Below, piece after piece: positions 49,101-63,148 of a stretch of DNA of 64,000 nucleotides; the first letter of the stretch is position 1, and each line of letters opens with the position of its first letter. The notes under the pieces were generated by a model, which searched no databases, was not told where the DNA came from, and saw only the letters and a list, made by a program, of their open reading frames with translations. The position numbers and the translations under genes were made by a program. This DNA comes from Halocafeteria seosinensis (Eukaryota): NCBI GenBank assembly GCA_001687465.1, contig LVLI01000204.1, positions 1-64,000 on the forward strand, given 5' to 3'.

Positions 49101-51839
49101 AAGGTCTCTCGGACTGTGCGCCTCCTATACTGCTGCACATGGTATAAAAAATTAACGTCATCTTCCGATAACTTTCCAAGTAATTCTTCACACGACGATG
49201 TAGACCCGGCAACCAAAGGAGCTCTATCACCCATTTCCTTCACCGGACGCAAATCCTCGTCTCCAGGACTTAACATTGCACGAACCCGGAACGATACGGG
49301 CAGCGTGTCATCTACGAGTGCATCAAAAACAGCTCCAGCGCTATACTGATCGCACAGTGGACCCAGATAATAGCCCACCAACTGTATAAAATTGTGGCGG
49401 CGAAGGAACAGAGGATACTTGTCCTTGGATACATGGAGATCAGGTGCCGCACTGAGACTGCTGTTATTTGTCTGGGAGGACAACGCACGCTCTCTTTCGA
49501 AGGTAGCTAACTCAGAATGTTCAGCGCTCCCAGATGTGGCCTGATCACGAAAAGCAGCTTGCTCACTAGTCTCCATGGGCTCACTTGAACACTGGGCAAC
49601 AGGGGTGCTAGTTGAGCTACTTCTCCCACTGCATCGGTCTTCATCTTCAATTTTGGAGAAAGCGCGGCTCAATCGGCCAAAACAGTTACTGTCACTTCTC
49701 TTCGAACGCTTCGCTTCTGTTAACCTTCTCCTTTCGAATTTCAATTCCTCAAGGTTCTTCAACGGAGGTAAATGCTGTTTGACATAGAAGAAGTCGTCCA
49801 GATCATATGAAGCATCCACCAACGTCCGAAATACCACCGTCGGATGTTCAAAGATCTTTTTCGGGTCTCTTGATAGCTCCTCTAGTTTTCTACGTATGTC
49901 TGGTCTCAAAGCATCATTTAATATGTCAAGTAAGCTAGAATGTTGAGGCCGTTCGCCAAAAAGCAACCGCAACTGAAGCAGCAGACGAGAACTGCCGTGA
50001 GTGGCATTGTGTGAGCTAGCGTTTTTGTTATTTATCCCTCGACCATTCTCCCTGCTCACCGCTGAAATAGGAGACGCAAACCTTTCGAAAGGGGCATTCA
50101 CCATGTTAAAACGGTTCTCCATATAGTCCTTGGACCGTCGCAATCGAGATAGAGTCTGCAAGAACGGACTATACAGTCCCTTAGCATACTGTAATTCGAA
50201 ACGATACAGGAACTCGACACTCCGGCTAGTTTCATCAAAGGACGAAAGCGAATTCTGACCCTCGTCTGGAACTCGAAGCTTTTCGGGTGTACGAAAACTG
50301 ACAATGTCAGAGTGGCGTTCGCTCCGGGATTCAGATCCGTAGACTAATCCACGTCCCCTAAGCTTTGCAACGTCCCTTCCAGGGCTATCCTGTGAGTTAG
50401 GAAGCGATCTGCCAGCACTCACAGTTCGGCCTCCATGAATACCTGTGCCCATCTCGGAGTCTCCACCCCCCGTTTGCAGCAGCTCTGATAGACGTTTATC
50501 GCGAATAAATGCATCGAGCCATGTCTGTTTAATGGACACTCTTGTTGCGTGGTCGTGTTGTTCGCCTTTCGGGTCAAAGTACGGTGGCCGAACGACGAGC
50601 TTCGTTCTGCCATCTTCTACACTGAAGACGCACATCCGCTTGAGTGAGTCTGGCTTCAATTTGGATATCTTTTGTATGTGACGCACATTACTGCTAACCG
50701 CAGCGTTACTTATACAAAGTCCACCACGCGGCCTGTGAGGATACGGTACGAACTTCTTGTTAGACTTCTCTCCAGAGTACAGATCCGGAAGAAACCATTG
50801 AAGAGACCCGTCAGAACGCAAACGAAACCAAAATGTACGCCATTCACCACTTATCATTGGTGCCTCCCACTTTTCTAGCAGCCCTTCAAGCAGCACTCGT
50901 GGCCCGATAAAACCGTGTGCCTGAAAAGCCACTTCTGTTGGGAACAAGCGACAGGCGAGAAGTTTTCGCAAAGTTGTATGAGAGGAAGCGTCATCCATTA
51001 TCATCTCAAAGTCCTCCGGCGCTATATTTGAATCCTCCACAAGTGAATATTCAGGCCCGCTTGGATCTTTATGTGATTTGTACTGCTCCAAGGTTAGAGC
51101 TTGTTTTGAAGATGACGTGCTCGTAAACTTGCCCTCAACCGAGAACTCGAGGTTGCTCATCTCTGCCTGTTGCTCTATCTGTTCACGGATATCTGAATCT
51201 GTTATTTGTCTGCTCCCCGGTTTAATTTTGATTTTTGTGGGTTGAAACACGACATTAGGAAGGGCAGACCATCGGAACACCAGCCTAAAACACACTTCAC
51301 GATCCGAAATTAACTCGAGACTCAACGGGCTTGAAACGATTGGATCCAAATGCTTTAAGGTTCGATTTCGGTTCAGTTTCATCAGACTAAGCCTCGATTC
51401 ATCTACTTTAGTTCCTGATGACATTCGATGACCCTTGACCACAGCACACAAGGTCGCGGAGCCGTGCCATAACAGTAGTGGCAGCGGTGCAGGGACAGCT
51501 TGCAACAGCTGCGCCGGTCGTTGAAATTGCAACCGTACCGGACGCGAGGCTTTCATCAACGCCGGGACAATTTCATTATACAGTGGCTTGCATTGGATCC
51601 CCGAAACTGCCAATACACGATGCCTATGTAAAAGCAAAAACAAAGCAGGTTCCTGCAAGGCTGAAGCACTTACTTCCTACAATGACGCTACCCAAGGAAA
51701 CTCCAAGGCGTGCAGCCGGTCCAGCTTCGCCGGTGGGAGCACATGAGTATCTGACGACCACAGCAAGTCCATCAATGCTTTCAATAACCATCCCCAAAGG
51801 ACCATCGTCCTTGAATGTGATATGATAGTCGGTCAGCAT
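46127..51839 (-). CDS. Large PDZ + PH + GRAM-like protein with C-terminal MCTP/GRAMD4-type membrane hairpins
   Basis: PDZ: GPLGMVI..GPAARLGV..RPVRLQF. PH: LEGLLEK..WRTFWFRL..LQWF..KQTWLDAF. GRAM-like: GTAYITDQNVFF..FPLRSV. C-terminus: LHWESPLLT..EKMHSLFTWRDP. Confidence 0.75.
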
Positions 51840-52233
51840 TATCCTGTTTTCTCCCTTTCTCCCTTATTTTCCATGCTTCAGCGTCCTCCTCCGTTTAAAG
51901 GGGCATCATTGGGCACCAATACCACGCATATCCCTCGCGTATTTACGGTAAAAAAGTCCTTATCAACCACATATAATCAACCAAAACGAGCTTGAAAAAG
52001 CATCTTCAAGCCCTTGTGAATGTGGCTCAGGCCCGCTTTGGTTGCTTGTATACGGTCAATAGTGACTCATTTCGCTTGTTATAATGATTAAATTATTTTC
52101 ATCCACATGTATATATTAAACAGTTCTGTATAGCATGCAGTGGTAGTCCTGGAAAGGAAAAGAAGAATTGGAATTCTTGCGGGCTATGGCGCGAGCATTG
52201 GAGTCTCTCTGGAGGCTGTAAAGGGCTATAACA

Positions 52234-55200
52234 ATGTCACTATTAAGTGATGGTCAGATTGTGCATATCGTAACGGCGATTCTTCACTTCCTACTGGTGC
52301 TCAACTCGATCATACAACTGTACAGAGTGTCTATAGAAAGGTCTCCGAAGAAGAAACAGCCCTCCTTGGGGATAGTGAATGGCCATGATGGAAATGAGGG
52401 TTATGATGATGACGAAAGGGATCTCATGCTCCACAGTGGAAACAAGGACTCCCGTAACAAAGCTACACGACGAATCAACCCACGACGCTATTCTGATAAT
52501 GACGGAGACGGACACAAGCACTCCCAACGAGCTGTACGGAAGGGAAGTATGAACCGAGTAAAACTCGTCGTACATGGACTAAATCTCCTGTTCAACGTCA
52601 TAAGGGTAGCAGACTGGTCATACACGTCCCAGTCCATTTCCGTCGATCAGGGATCGACTATAAAAATTGCGTTCAGCCGTCTAGCTGTCAGTATTTTCTT
52701 CACTCTGGTGAGCTATGTGACGCTGCAATGGGCGCTGCTTGCGAAGCCTGCACAATCGCGGACGTCGTTTTGGGGCAAGCTCTTATTTGCGGTGACAAAC
52801 ATTTTGTTTTACGCGACGGTAGTTATTATTACCGTGGTGGCGTCGGAGATCAATCTGTCCTCGTCTGTTCTCAACCTTGTAAGTACTCTTCCTATTCATT
52901 CAACCATTCTCCCGACAGACTACCATTGTTTGTTTTCTTGTTGACAACAGCCACTAGGCATGATGACCGCAGGTGGTTTTATCGTGTTGTGTTTCTTCAC
53001 GTATTCCGCCATACGATTGATTTGTCAAGCGAACGAAGTTGTTGGTCCAGAAAACAAGAGGAGTTTCCGGCGTTTCCTTATCTGGTTCACGACCATGTCA
53101 TGCTTATGCTCTCTCTTTTTTTTGGTCAGATTTGTAGTGTTTGTTGTCAGCAGTGCCAATGCACGCGCTGCCACGCACGACGTACTTATCACGACACAAT
53201 GCGGGCTGGGTATGCTAGTATGTAACCTGCTCGCGCTTTGGCTCCCGGAGCTAACAACTAGTGCATTTATAAGTGCTCTCTATTCGCCGGATACAACAAA
53301 ATCGGAATTTGTGGAGAAGATCCAGACTCCCGTGGAAGATGACTTTTCAGAGAGTGACACGGAGTCTTCAAGAAGAGGGAGAACCTCAACCGAGATTAGT
53401 AGCTCATCATTGCACAACCCATTCAAGTTCTTGTTTGAGAATTCATTTTTCAGGACAAACACGCAAGAGAGATATGATAGTAAAGGGAATAGCATTGCAG
53501 CAACTTCAAGAAATACCAAGCAAGCCTCCTCTGCAACTCCTTTATTGAATGATTCCACCAAAGAATACAAGGACACCTACGAGACAACGGACTCAAGTTG
53601 TGGAACTGTTCCCGCGCAGAACTACAGAGACGCTGTTACACACGAAGACTTAGTAGAAGACAGGAAAGAAACGATTGTACAGATATGTTTGGCCACAGGT
53701 CTACGGCATATGTCTCTCTCCTCTGCCACGGCTAAGAATGTTTGTGTTGTAGGACAGGGAACGCTTGTAGAAGATGCGCAGCTCCAGACGTCAATCCACG
53801 GGGCAATGCCGGAGAACTATGCATGTACCCGAACAGAAGTTTGCTCGCTAGTGCCAGACTCCAGTTTGTCTGAACAGTTTAGAATATTCCATTCGCTTGA
53901 AGGTTTCTTTCGTAGAGCACAAAGCACGCATCCAGCGCAATGCTCAATAGAGTCTGCTGGAGCTAGCAGGAGCTCCGGGGGTGCGGAGAGCATAAAGGCT
54001 AGGAGCATGTTGAGTGGAGGCAGTAAGTCGTTTCATGATACCTTGTTGTCGCCAGGTCGTTCGATCTCTCAACATGATCATCGCATCCCTCATTCTTTTG
54101 GTGAAACTGCACCCATTAAAGATCTTGCTGGTAAAACTGGCGATTTGTCAAGGTGTGACAGTGCTGAAACAACCCCAGGGACGAAGACTCGTCGTAGTAC
54201 GAAAACGAACAAAGCGTCGTTTAACTTGCTATTGCGAATGGAATGTCCGTACACTGAGGCCTCTCGATCGAAGGAGGACAGTTATTATGCAAGAGTGGGA
54301 GATACTACGATAAAAAATGTTCTGATCCGATTCGGCGTTTTCGCAATCGACGACAAATTGACTGCAGAATGCAAGTCAGCGGATAAATATTCGATTAATG
54401 CCCCTTCATCTCCGTTCCTCGCTAGGATGAATGAACGTCTCAAGAAGGATGAGCGTTACCCTGTAAACAATTCAGGAAGACAATGGACATACGGCTCGGA
54501 AACTGAAGATGATGCAGTTGCGACGCAGGAGGATGAGGCTCACACCGAGAGGAAAACTAGTTGGAGTGTAAGGACTCTTTCTTATGACGGGACCACGACA
54601 GACGAAAGACCGTTTGAAAAACATGAGTATCGTAATTCCAATAAGCCAGTTTCAGCCAGTGACTGCTGTGTAGGGTTTGCAGAAATTGATGTTAAAACAT
54701 TGCTATCGTCCGTTTCTGGGCACGCCCCGCTACCTGTGTGGTCCTTTCAAGGAAACGTATTGGGGATCTTGCACGTCCGGGTTGCAGCGATGAAGCAAGG
54801 GAAGGTAGAATATGGTGCTGATATCCAGGAGAGAGCCGCTAGTAGCACGCACGTGTTTACAAACTCTCCATTGCAACCGTATGGAAGTTCTCATCAGCCA
54901 CTGTCCTTTGGATCCCGAGTGAGCCGTTGGTTCAATTTCACTAACGGCACGCAGCAAAACTTAGTTATAGAGGAGGACCTAAGGGAAAGTATTTATTGTT
55001 TTGATGTTCCACGCAAGTTAACTCAAGAGCGACGGAAGGAACGGGAAGGAATACTTAAGAGGCTTAGAAAAGAGTTGAAGAATTTCTCCAAACGTGCCAA
55101 TGGTCCGGTCACTCAGGGTAATGCAATATCTTTCGATGACTTAACAGAACACGTCCAAGGCCGGACAGAGCACTCGCGAGTAGCTGATTGTCTGACGAAA

Positions 55201-57738
55201 TGCATCGAGAGCGTAACACAGCAGATTAAGTGTCTGGCGGAACAAGACTCGTTGGGACGGAATGGCCGGGGTCCCGGGGGTATCTCCTTCAAGCGATCAT
55301 CCTCGAAGAAGTCATCTGAGCTCAGGTTCCTTCCTCTTAACCTGCACGTCCAAGAAATGCGAGTTCGCCACCTTGGTCCTTCTTCCATTTTGCCCACTGG
55401 TGACGTTGAAAACTTCTCCCGGGAGGAACAAGTTGAGTCATCTCCGAATTATAGAAACGCATCCGTGTCGCCGTACAACTCAGCAACAGAATACGTTCAA
55501 ATGATTGCGAATACATTAAAATCTCCTCTTGCCACAATTCAGCGGATATACCAGGAAATTTCACGTGCGAAACGATACGTCGGGGACGCATGGTCAGATT
55601 TTGTGCATAATCCTTTAAACAATTTCCGGAGTATGATTCCAGTAGCTCCGGTGGCTGTCGAGCATGTGGTCAAACTATGGGTTCCTGAAGGCATGTGGGG
55701 CATGGTGAGCAACCACAATGTTTCGATTAACAGCCATTCCTACAGAGTTCGCTATGCCAGTCAGTCATCTTCCACACCGTCTCATATGGAGCAGACGTTA
55801 GGGGAAACCAACGAGGATACTTCCCAATTTTTTTCATGGGAGCCAAGCATAGCTGACTCTGGAGTTGCGTACCACTCCACGACTTTGCCCATACAGGAAT
55901 ACATTTACGATACTATCACTGTTGGGGCATTCGCTGCACACTGTTTTGGCTTCGAGCATGGAGGACTCAGACAGTCGCATAAGGTCTTAAGGGAAAAGTA
56001 TGCCAGCTTGCTGAGAGGTGTTCATGCACGAGGGTATGACGGAGCTTATGTGCCTTTCCTGGAGTCTCTCGAAAAGTTATTATCAGAATTATATGGGCTT
56101 AAAAAGGAGGATATGGAGGAACTCAAACGACAGACAAAAACAGAGGCTTCAGGTGCGAACCCTCGGCGGGACGATGGAGGCCACGATGCTCTTAATCTAC
56201 AGGAGAGGATGCGGCGAGCGCTACAGTTGGCTATAGATATTACGAGCAGGGAAGATGTTGTTATTTGCCAAGCCGCGACAGCACTAGTCACTTGCTTCTC
56301 TCGGAAGATAAGGCTTATCCAGCGATACATGCACCCTCTGGATGGTCGAAAGCTGCTAAGACAATTCTATAGTGTCGGGTTTTTATTCTTGGTTCAGTCT
56401 CTCTTGAGCACGTTCTCGGATGAATTAGGGATGCTGCAAGATTTTGCCTATGGAGTTAGGCTGCTTAAAAAGTTCAGGATTCAGCTTTTGCCTCCTGGGG
56501 GGCCGCGAGCTGGAAGTGGTAGCATGGCTGTACCGGATGATGGGAGAAATATACTTGCACGGTCGACTGATGAATGGAAGAGTGGGGGTGGCGGCGCTAT
56601 AGCGATTGTTAGTGATAAAGGGTATTACACGATCAAAATCCGCATGTGGCCAATGCCTGACCAGGGTACTGGGGTGGTCGGAGATGAGTATTTCCGGTCC
56701 AAGCGTATGAACCGGACCAAATCGAGACAAACTAACAAGGGTACCCGCGATGCTGCAGATGACCAATTCTCAGATATTTCGTCTTCGTTTCCGTCGAGAA
56801 TGACGCGCGCCTGGATGGAAGTCTCACAAGAAGATAGAGAGGCGGAAGAACCATCATACTCTCCAGGCTGGAAAAACCGTGACCTCGAGACCGCTTATTC
56901 CAACGCGAAAGCTTTTTACGGGAAGCAGTTTGCAGCTCTCGTTCCGGATCAGCTCCTTAGAGGCGAATATATTTACATCACTCCCGTAATATTTAATCAA
57001 GGCGTCAATGAAGCACAGACGATGAGCAACTGGGCGTATGGATTTGGAAGCTCAGAACAACAAAACGAGATAAATAAGGAAAATTTGGAATCGCTGCTAG
57101 AATATTTTGGGCAGTACAAAGCTGCATATCAAAAAGAAACCACGCTGGTGCAAGATAAGCTCAAGAGGCTTAAGCGCAAGTATATCAACGAACCTTATAC
57201 GCTGAACCAACGTCAGAATGTGAAACAGGGTTCACCTCAGCAGTTGATGGAGCACTATCATTTCAGTGGTTTGGTAGCCACAGCCGAACCAAGTAATGTT
57301 TCTTCTAATCAAATCGCGTCCTTAAACGTGGAAGTCGATAGACGGCAAAAGAAAATTGAGAAGCTAGACAAGATTCTCAGACAGATGAGTGGACTGATGG
57401 AAATCAAGCGAGAGAAAAGAATCGACATGCTCAGTCTTGCGTCGAGCTTTACGCGTATGGTGCATGGGGGTGTGACGATTAGTTGCAAGAGTGCAAAAGA
57501 TCGGTCGTCGATGATAATAACACTAGAGCAGGCAAGGATTTTAGAGCGGGAGCATGGGCTCACGAATCACGACAGACTCAGTATGGCTGAATTCATGCGA
57601 CGCCATGGAGTACGCAGGCTGAATGCGCTGAAGAATGTTGGTAACGACAAATATGCGTTCAATCCTTTTCAGAAGGCTTTCCTGCCCAGTGACCTGAGGC
57701 CTCCCACCGGAACTGGGGGCGGGGGTATTCAGAGTTGA
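52234..57738 (+). CDS. 7TM (THH1/TOM1/GPR137-like) domain fused to inositol polyphosphate 4-phosphatase (INPP4)
   Basis: Phase-0 intron 52879-52950 joins the ORFs, and there are seven hydrophobic segments. INPP4 motifs: FLPLNLHVQ, TVGAFAAH..GGL, SLLSTFSDELGML, FNQGVNEAQT, catalytic CKSAKDR (57484-57504), GVRRLNALKNVG..YAFN. Confidence 0.88.
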
Positions 57739-58073
57739 TGTCACGAATAGCAAAGCTGCCGTCGCTTGAGGGGCAGAATCTTCCATCTTACCAGCATGTC
57801 GAGCTCGAATATCGAGTCTTTCTTTCGAGTACTGGAAAAACAAAAAATACTCGTTTCTTCCGGGACAAACCTGAAACCCCTCCACGGATGACCTTCCCGA
57901 AATACTGAGATAATAGCCGACCATTCGGTGATAAATCAATGAATGACTGCCGTCCAATAACGAAACGATGGTAGGTTACGTAAGCGTACCTTGTGGCATA
58001 ACTGCAGTGTTTGCTACAAATACAACGGAGGTCGTTCCTTATAGAGCTTTCCGTTTGCAAGAAGAAACACGAA

Positions 58074-60385
58074 TCAGTCCTGTAGTAGGGGATATGATTC
58101 TCTAGACTTGCTTCCCCAGCTGTAACGCTGATTATCCGTCGAAACTTCCGGCGATGCTGCTGCCGTGGCTTCATCGGCCGGTGGCGACGCACTAGTTCCT
58201 TTGCCGTCATCGTATATATCACTTTCCATTTTTCCAACCTCGTCAGCACCCTCGCCAAAGTCTGTTTCTCCGTTCTCGTCTGACAAAGCTCGGTATCTTC
58301 CGACGTACAAACCAGAATGCCAAATACCATAACCAAAATAAACAAGCACCCCTAACAGAGTCCAAGCACCTAACCTCATCCAAGCGTCGCCGTTGAGCCC
58401 AGTCATCATACCCAAATTTACAGCAATACCAGCACACGGTACCCAAGGCACAAATGGACACGTGAATGATATGGGCACGGTAACAGTTTTGTAGCAAGCC
58501 AATGCAATAACGGAAGCTAATGCGGCAACACCAAATAGAATCATCACTGGTAGCGGCCAACTGTAGTGCAATCCAAAGCCAACGACAAGCACAGCACCGG
58601 CGTAACTAGATAACAACGCAAATACGCCTCTATTATTGTCCGTGCCGCGGATTCGCAAAACGACAACTCCGGCATTCACGATGGTGAAGGCGAGAAGCGT
58701 TCCAACGCTTATCGCATCAGCAAGAGCTTCCAAAGACACGAAGAAAGCTATGACTGCAGTAACAGCTCCCGTGATGATGGTTCCTAAAGTAGGGACGTGC
58801 TTTTTATTCAATCTTTTAAAGACTGGAAATAATAACCCCTGCGTACGTCAAACAGTGAATGTGATCAAATCACAAGCTACAGAAAATACAGCATCCATGG
58901 CAATTACGTACGTCCGTAGCCATACGGAAAAACACTCGCGGTTGGCCCAGCAAGCAAGTGAACGTTGCTGTCGTAAGCCCAAACAATGAGCCCACGGTGA
59001 TAACAGTACCGGCCCATCCTAAGCCAACATGGTCAAAAGCGAAAGCAAGGGGTGCTTTGTTATTCGCTAGTTTCATAAACGGCACCATGCCTGTCACTAC
59101 AAGGGTGACGCCGACATAGATGAGCGTCGAGACGACCAATGACCCGATGATTCCCACGGGCATATCTCGCTGAGGCTTTTTGACTTCTTCTGCCAGAGAA
59201 GACACCATGTCGAAACCCAGGTAGGAGAAAAACACTGTGCCGGCCCCGCTGAATACAGAAGAAGCCCCATAAGGGACGTAGCTCCCACGATACTCAGTCC
59301 AGTTCCCCGTGTCCACAAACGTGGATCCCGCGATAATAACAAAAGAAAGGATCAAAACGTTTAAAGTTGTTACCAAAATATTGAAGCGACTGCTTTCCTT
59401 GATACCAAAAAGCATAACTGAAGAACAGATTATCACGATGAGTGCTGCCAAGAAGCTGATCGAAAAGTCGCTGTCGAGATTGGCACCACTAAACCAGGAC
59501 GGAGAGGATACACCCATTATGTGAAGGAGCTGTACAAAGTAGTTGGCCCATGACCTAGCAATTGCTGCCGCACTCACTGCATACTCTAGCGTGAGATTCC
59601 ATCCAATAATCCAAGCCTGTAGCATCAAGGGCAAGGGGCAACTACGGAAAACCATTAGTACACACATAAACACATTGAGCACGTACCAGAAATTCACCAA
59701 ACGACGTGTAGGCGTATGTGTATGCAGATCCTGCTATGGGTACACGAGCAGCGAATTCCGAGTACGCCAGTCCCGTAAAGACGCATGAGACGGCTCCAAT
59801 GACAAACGAGATCAAGATTGCCGGACCGGCGATTTTCACCCCCGGTCCTATCAGAGAGTAAATACCGGCTCCGACGGTGCATCCTATTCCGTACCCCATC
59901 AAATCTGGAATTCCCAGTTGCTTGGTCAAATGAGGTTCCGCTTCGCCTTTTTCGTGTTCCAGTTGGGTAGCTTGGCGCTCTTCGGCTGTGCGTTCGCGCA
60001 TTACCTGTTGGATCGGCTTCACGCGTGTGAGTGCCTCGAAGGTGTATGCGTCCCGAGAGCACTTTGCTCGGTCTCCTCTGTACCTTAAATGGCGTTTTTC
60101 TGGCAAAGATTCCTCCTGACCACTGACTGCCGTGGTTCCATACGAGGCTGCTGCTCTCTGTTTCTGGCTCGTATACACGCCTGAACCCGTGCCTTGGCCT
60201 GATTCGGTCTCTGTGGCGGCTGTGGTCTCTGAATTATCCCATAATAGTGATTCAGACAGTGTATAGCCTCCAAAATCAGCTATTTCAGCATCTCCCGTGC
60301 TTCCTCCATTGACAGATTGGTTCCCATTGCCCCTCCCTCTTCCGGAGGAGGAGCCCGAGGAGCCGCTGCTGGACTTGTTGAACAT
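58074..60385 (-). CDS. Cationic amino acid transporter (APC superfamily, SLC7/CAT-like), multi-exon
   Basis: GIGCTVGAGIY, YSEFAARVPIAGSAYTY, FFSYLGFD, AEEVKKPQRDMP, GQPRVFFRMA, SVGTLLAF and FTCPFVPWVP. Confidence 0.95.
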
Positions 60386-60782
60386 TTTGGTCGGAGAGAA
60401 AAGGGGGAATAGCATCAAATAAACCCTTATTGAGGGCTATTTCTGCCTGTGCCTGCGGGAGGAGGAGGTCCCGCCGCGCCACACCACACCCGTGGTACCG
60501 TAGGGTTAGGAAGTTAGGTGACGGTGGTATGTACGAGTCCTTTTATACATACATATGCCTTGACTCCTTCCCAGGTAGATAGTGTTTTGAAGAATGGCGG
60601 GGTTTTAAATGGTAAAATACTGACGGCTCATTTGGTCAATTGTAGAAATTCTTTATACGTGGTACAACCCATGTACCCATACATGTACGGTAAACTGGAG
60701 TGTGTGGTGTACAACTGTATGGTCTGCGCTAAACTGGCCGTCGTCCAGTACCTAGTAAGTGAATAGCATTGAATTTCTCCAT

Positions 60783-63148
60783 TCATCGACTGGCTGTGAA
60801 TTTCCTTGCTTCATCTGCTACGTCTACATCTAGCATAGTATCGGATACGGTCAGTAAATACATAACAAGTTGGGCGCAGAATTCCAAAACTAAAACTGGG
60901 TGCTTTCCGAAGATTGCTTCGCAAGTTGCAAATACGGAGTTATCTCGTCGAACCACGACGAATGTGTTTACAAGCGGAGTCCCTTTCCTCACTTCGATCC
61001 CGGCCATGTTACACGGCAGCACTACAATCTTCAACTTCGTTCCGTAGAAAACAAATCCGGCAGATTTTCCGCGTCGGAGAGGGCGAACGAACCATATTTT
61101 TCCAGTAACGAGCAGAAGTAGGTTCGCTGACTCTGCTTCGTTGAGCTCCGGACGACAAAAAAACCACCCCAGGCACCAGAGAAACCTAGTTCACTTGGAA
61201 AGGTGTTGTCTTCGTTGTTTTCTTGGAAGTCACTACTTTCTCGACGTGGTCGGTGAACTTCGTGAATGGTTGAGTATTCAGATGCAAATCGGGGGAATGT
61301 TTCTCTCAGCTCTTCTGCAGATCAGAATCAAGGTTGTTTCATACTGTACATGTAGCACCAAACGCGACCGGTCTTACCGACGATAGCAACCGATATCCAT
61401 TTCCTCAATTTTCTGGCAGGGACAACATCACCGTGTATGTGATCACCTACATACATCACGTCACTAGAGTTCTTAGCAGCACGAAACATGTCAGAAAGAC
61501 CGCCGGGAACGTTAGCATCGACTATACTGTCAGCAACACTATCAGAAATTTCGTGGCGAGCAGTTGCTTCTCTAGAATCATGAGAAGATCCAGGAGCTTC
61601 CGAGGACGAAGAACCCACTTTATAGGGACGGCCACTATCATTCAAATAGGCTACTCCAGCTGTAGCTCCTCTGAAGCATTCCACATGTAGGTAGCATCCC
61701 TGGCAATAGATAGAGGTAGTTTCAGACCGCCTGTTTAACTCAATCTGCGTGGCTACCCTTCCCTCCTCCGATTGTGTGGTATCTGTTGAGATCAAAACCT
61801 GCACACACTCAATCTACCAGAAAGGAATGAGAGCTAAGAGTCTCACTAACCAAGCATATAAGCGTTTGCAGGTTCATGAAACCATCGAGGCTTCTTCGCA
61901 TTAACAAAAACAATATCAAACAACTGCCCCCAGTCTTCCCTGCTTAGTGAAAGATTAGACGTAAAACTTCTTGATGGCATTGAAAGCAAACTAGCCTACG
62001 TACCCGAGGGAATGAGTTAGAGTAAATGACGCGAATTTGCTGTGGCTGTTGGTTACTATGAAGAACCGGCGCCTGTTTGCTTTACGTTCACGCATTATCC
62101 ATTCTCTTAGCCTCGGCCTTCTATGAATATATTGAGCGGGATTGCTTAGCAGTCTCCGGAAAAACAACCCTCGCTTTTCCGCAAATCCGCTAACGTTGTC
62201 AAATATATGATTGAACGCCCCAAATATGTGAGGACCGAGGTCGTAGTACGTCTTAACATTTTTGAATTCTCCATCATCGACTACGTCAACCATTCGGGCG
62301 AGCAGTAGTTGAGCAGAAATATCGAAATACCTGCAATACGAATCACATAAACGTTGCTTTCCTTTCTAAAGGCTTCAGTTTCGTATCTTACGTTAGAAAC
62401 ACGAAGAAGTCGGGATGTTTCCTTTGTTGCTGGAGCTCCTGGAAGTGCTTCCATGTCGCAGATTCACCGTAACATTCCGCTATCTCTTCGTCCGTTAAAA
62501 ATCTTTCCTGTTCAGTTTTCAGCACATGGAATTCACAATATGCCCTTGCCATTGTCTCACCAATTTCCACTGGCACTCACCCCGTGTGCAGCCCGTGAGA
62601 CCTGTATGGTAGCAATATCGATCCAATGGCAATGACAAAGCCAGATAGAACACAGAAAATCGCTTACCACGCCATTCTCGTTCAGCTTTAACAGATTTCC
62701 AGTTTCGAATTCAAAGATAATACCTTTTTCAATAAATTCCGGTCTCCACTGAACTTCATGAGTCGCCCCTTGTGTGTCATTCCAAGACTCTCCTCGGTGC
62801 AGCCTACGGCGCGGCCACTTGTTCACTTCTACTAGATACTCTGCTAGCGCATCATACACCAAGGGCAGTAGCTCCCTCAATTTGTAGCGAGCGAGCGCAT
62901 GGTCTGGAAGAAAATGAATCAAAAAGATCCTCGAATTTGAAACTTGACAGCTTCTGAACGAGCGTACCAAGATCAAATCCAACCCATGTACACCGTTCCG
63001 CCGTCCTCCTAGCTTCGTATAACGCGTCCTCCGCTAGTGTGTCTGCGTCAATGGCTTCTTGAGAGGTATGTGACTTGCCTAAAGCGACCTCAGCTCCCTG
63101 TGAAGTTTTTTTGTCGGATGGATAATGTACAATGCGATGAGGCTCCAT
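60783..63148 (-). CDS. 5'-nucleotidase domain-containing HAD hydrolase (NT5DC1-like), multi-exon
   Basis: Spliced motif I WVGFDLDHALARY, KGIIFEFETGNLLKL, motif II IVTNS and motif IV MYVGDHIHGDV. Confidence 0.88.

Noticed and set aside
60500..60520. Telomere-like GTAGGGTTAGGAAGTTAGG
   Set aside because: It is too short and degenerate, lies in a promoter region, and is compatible with chance.
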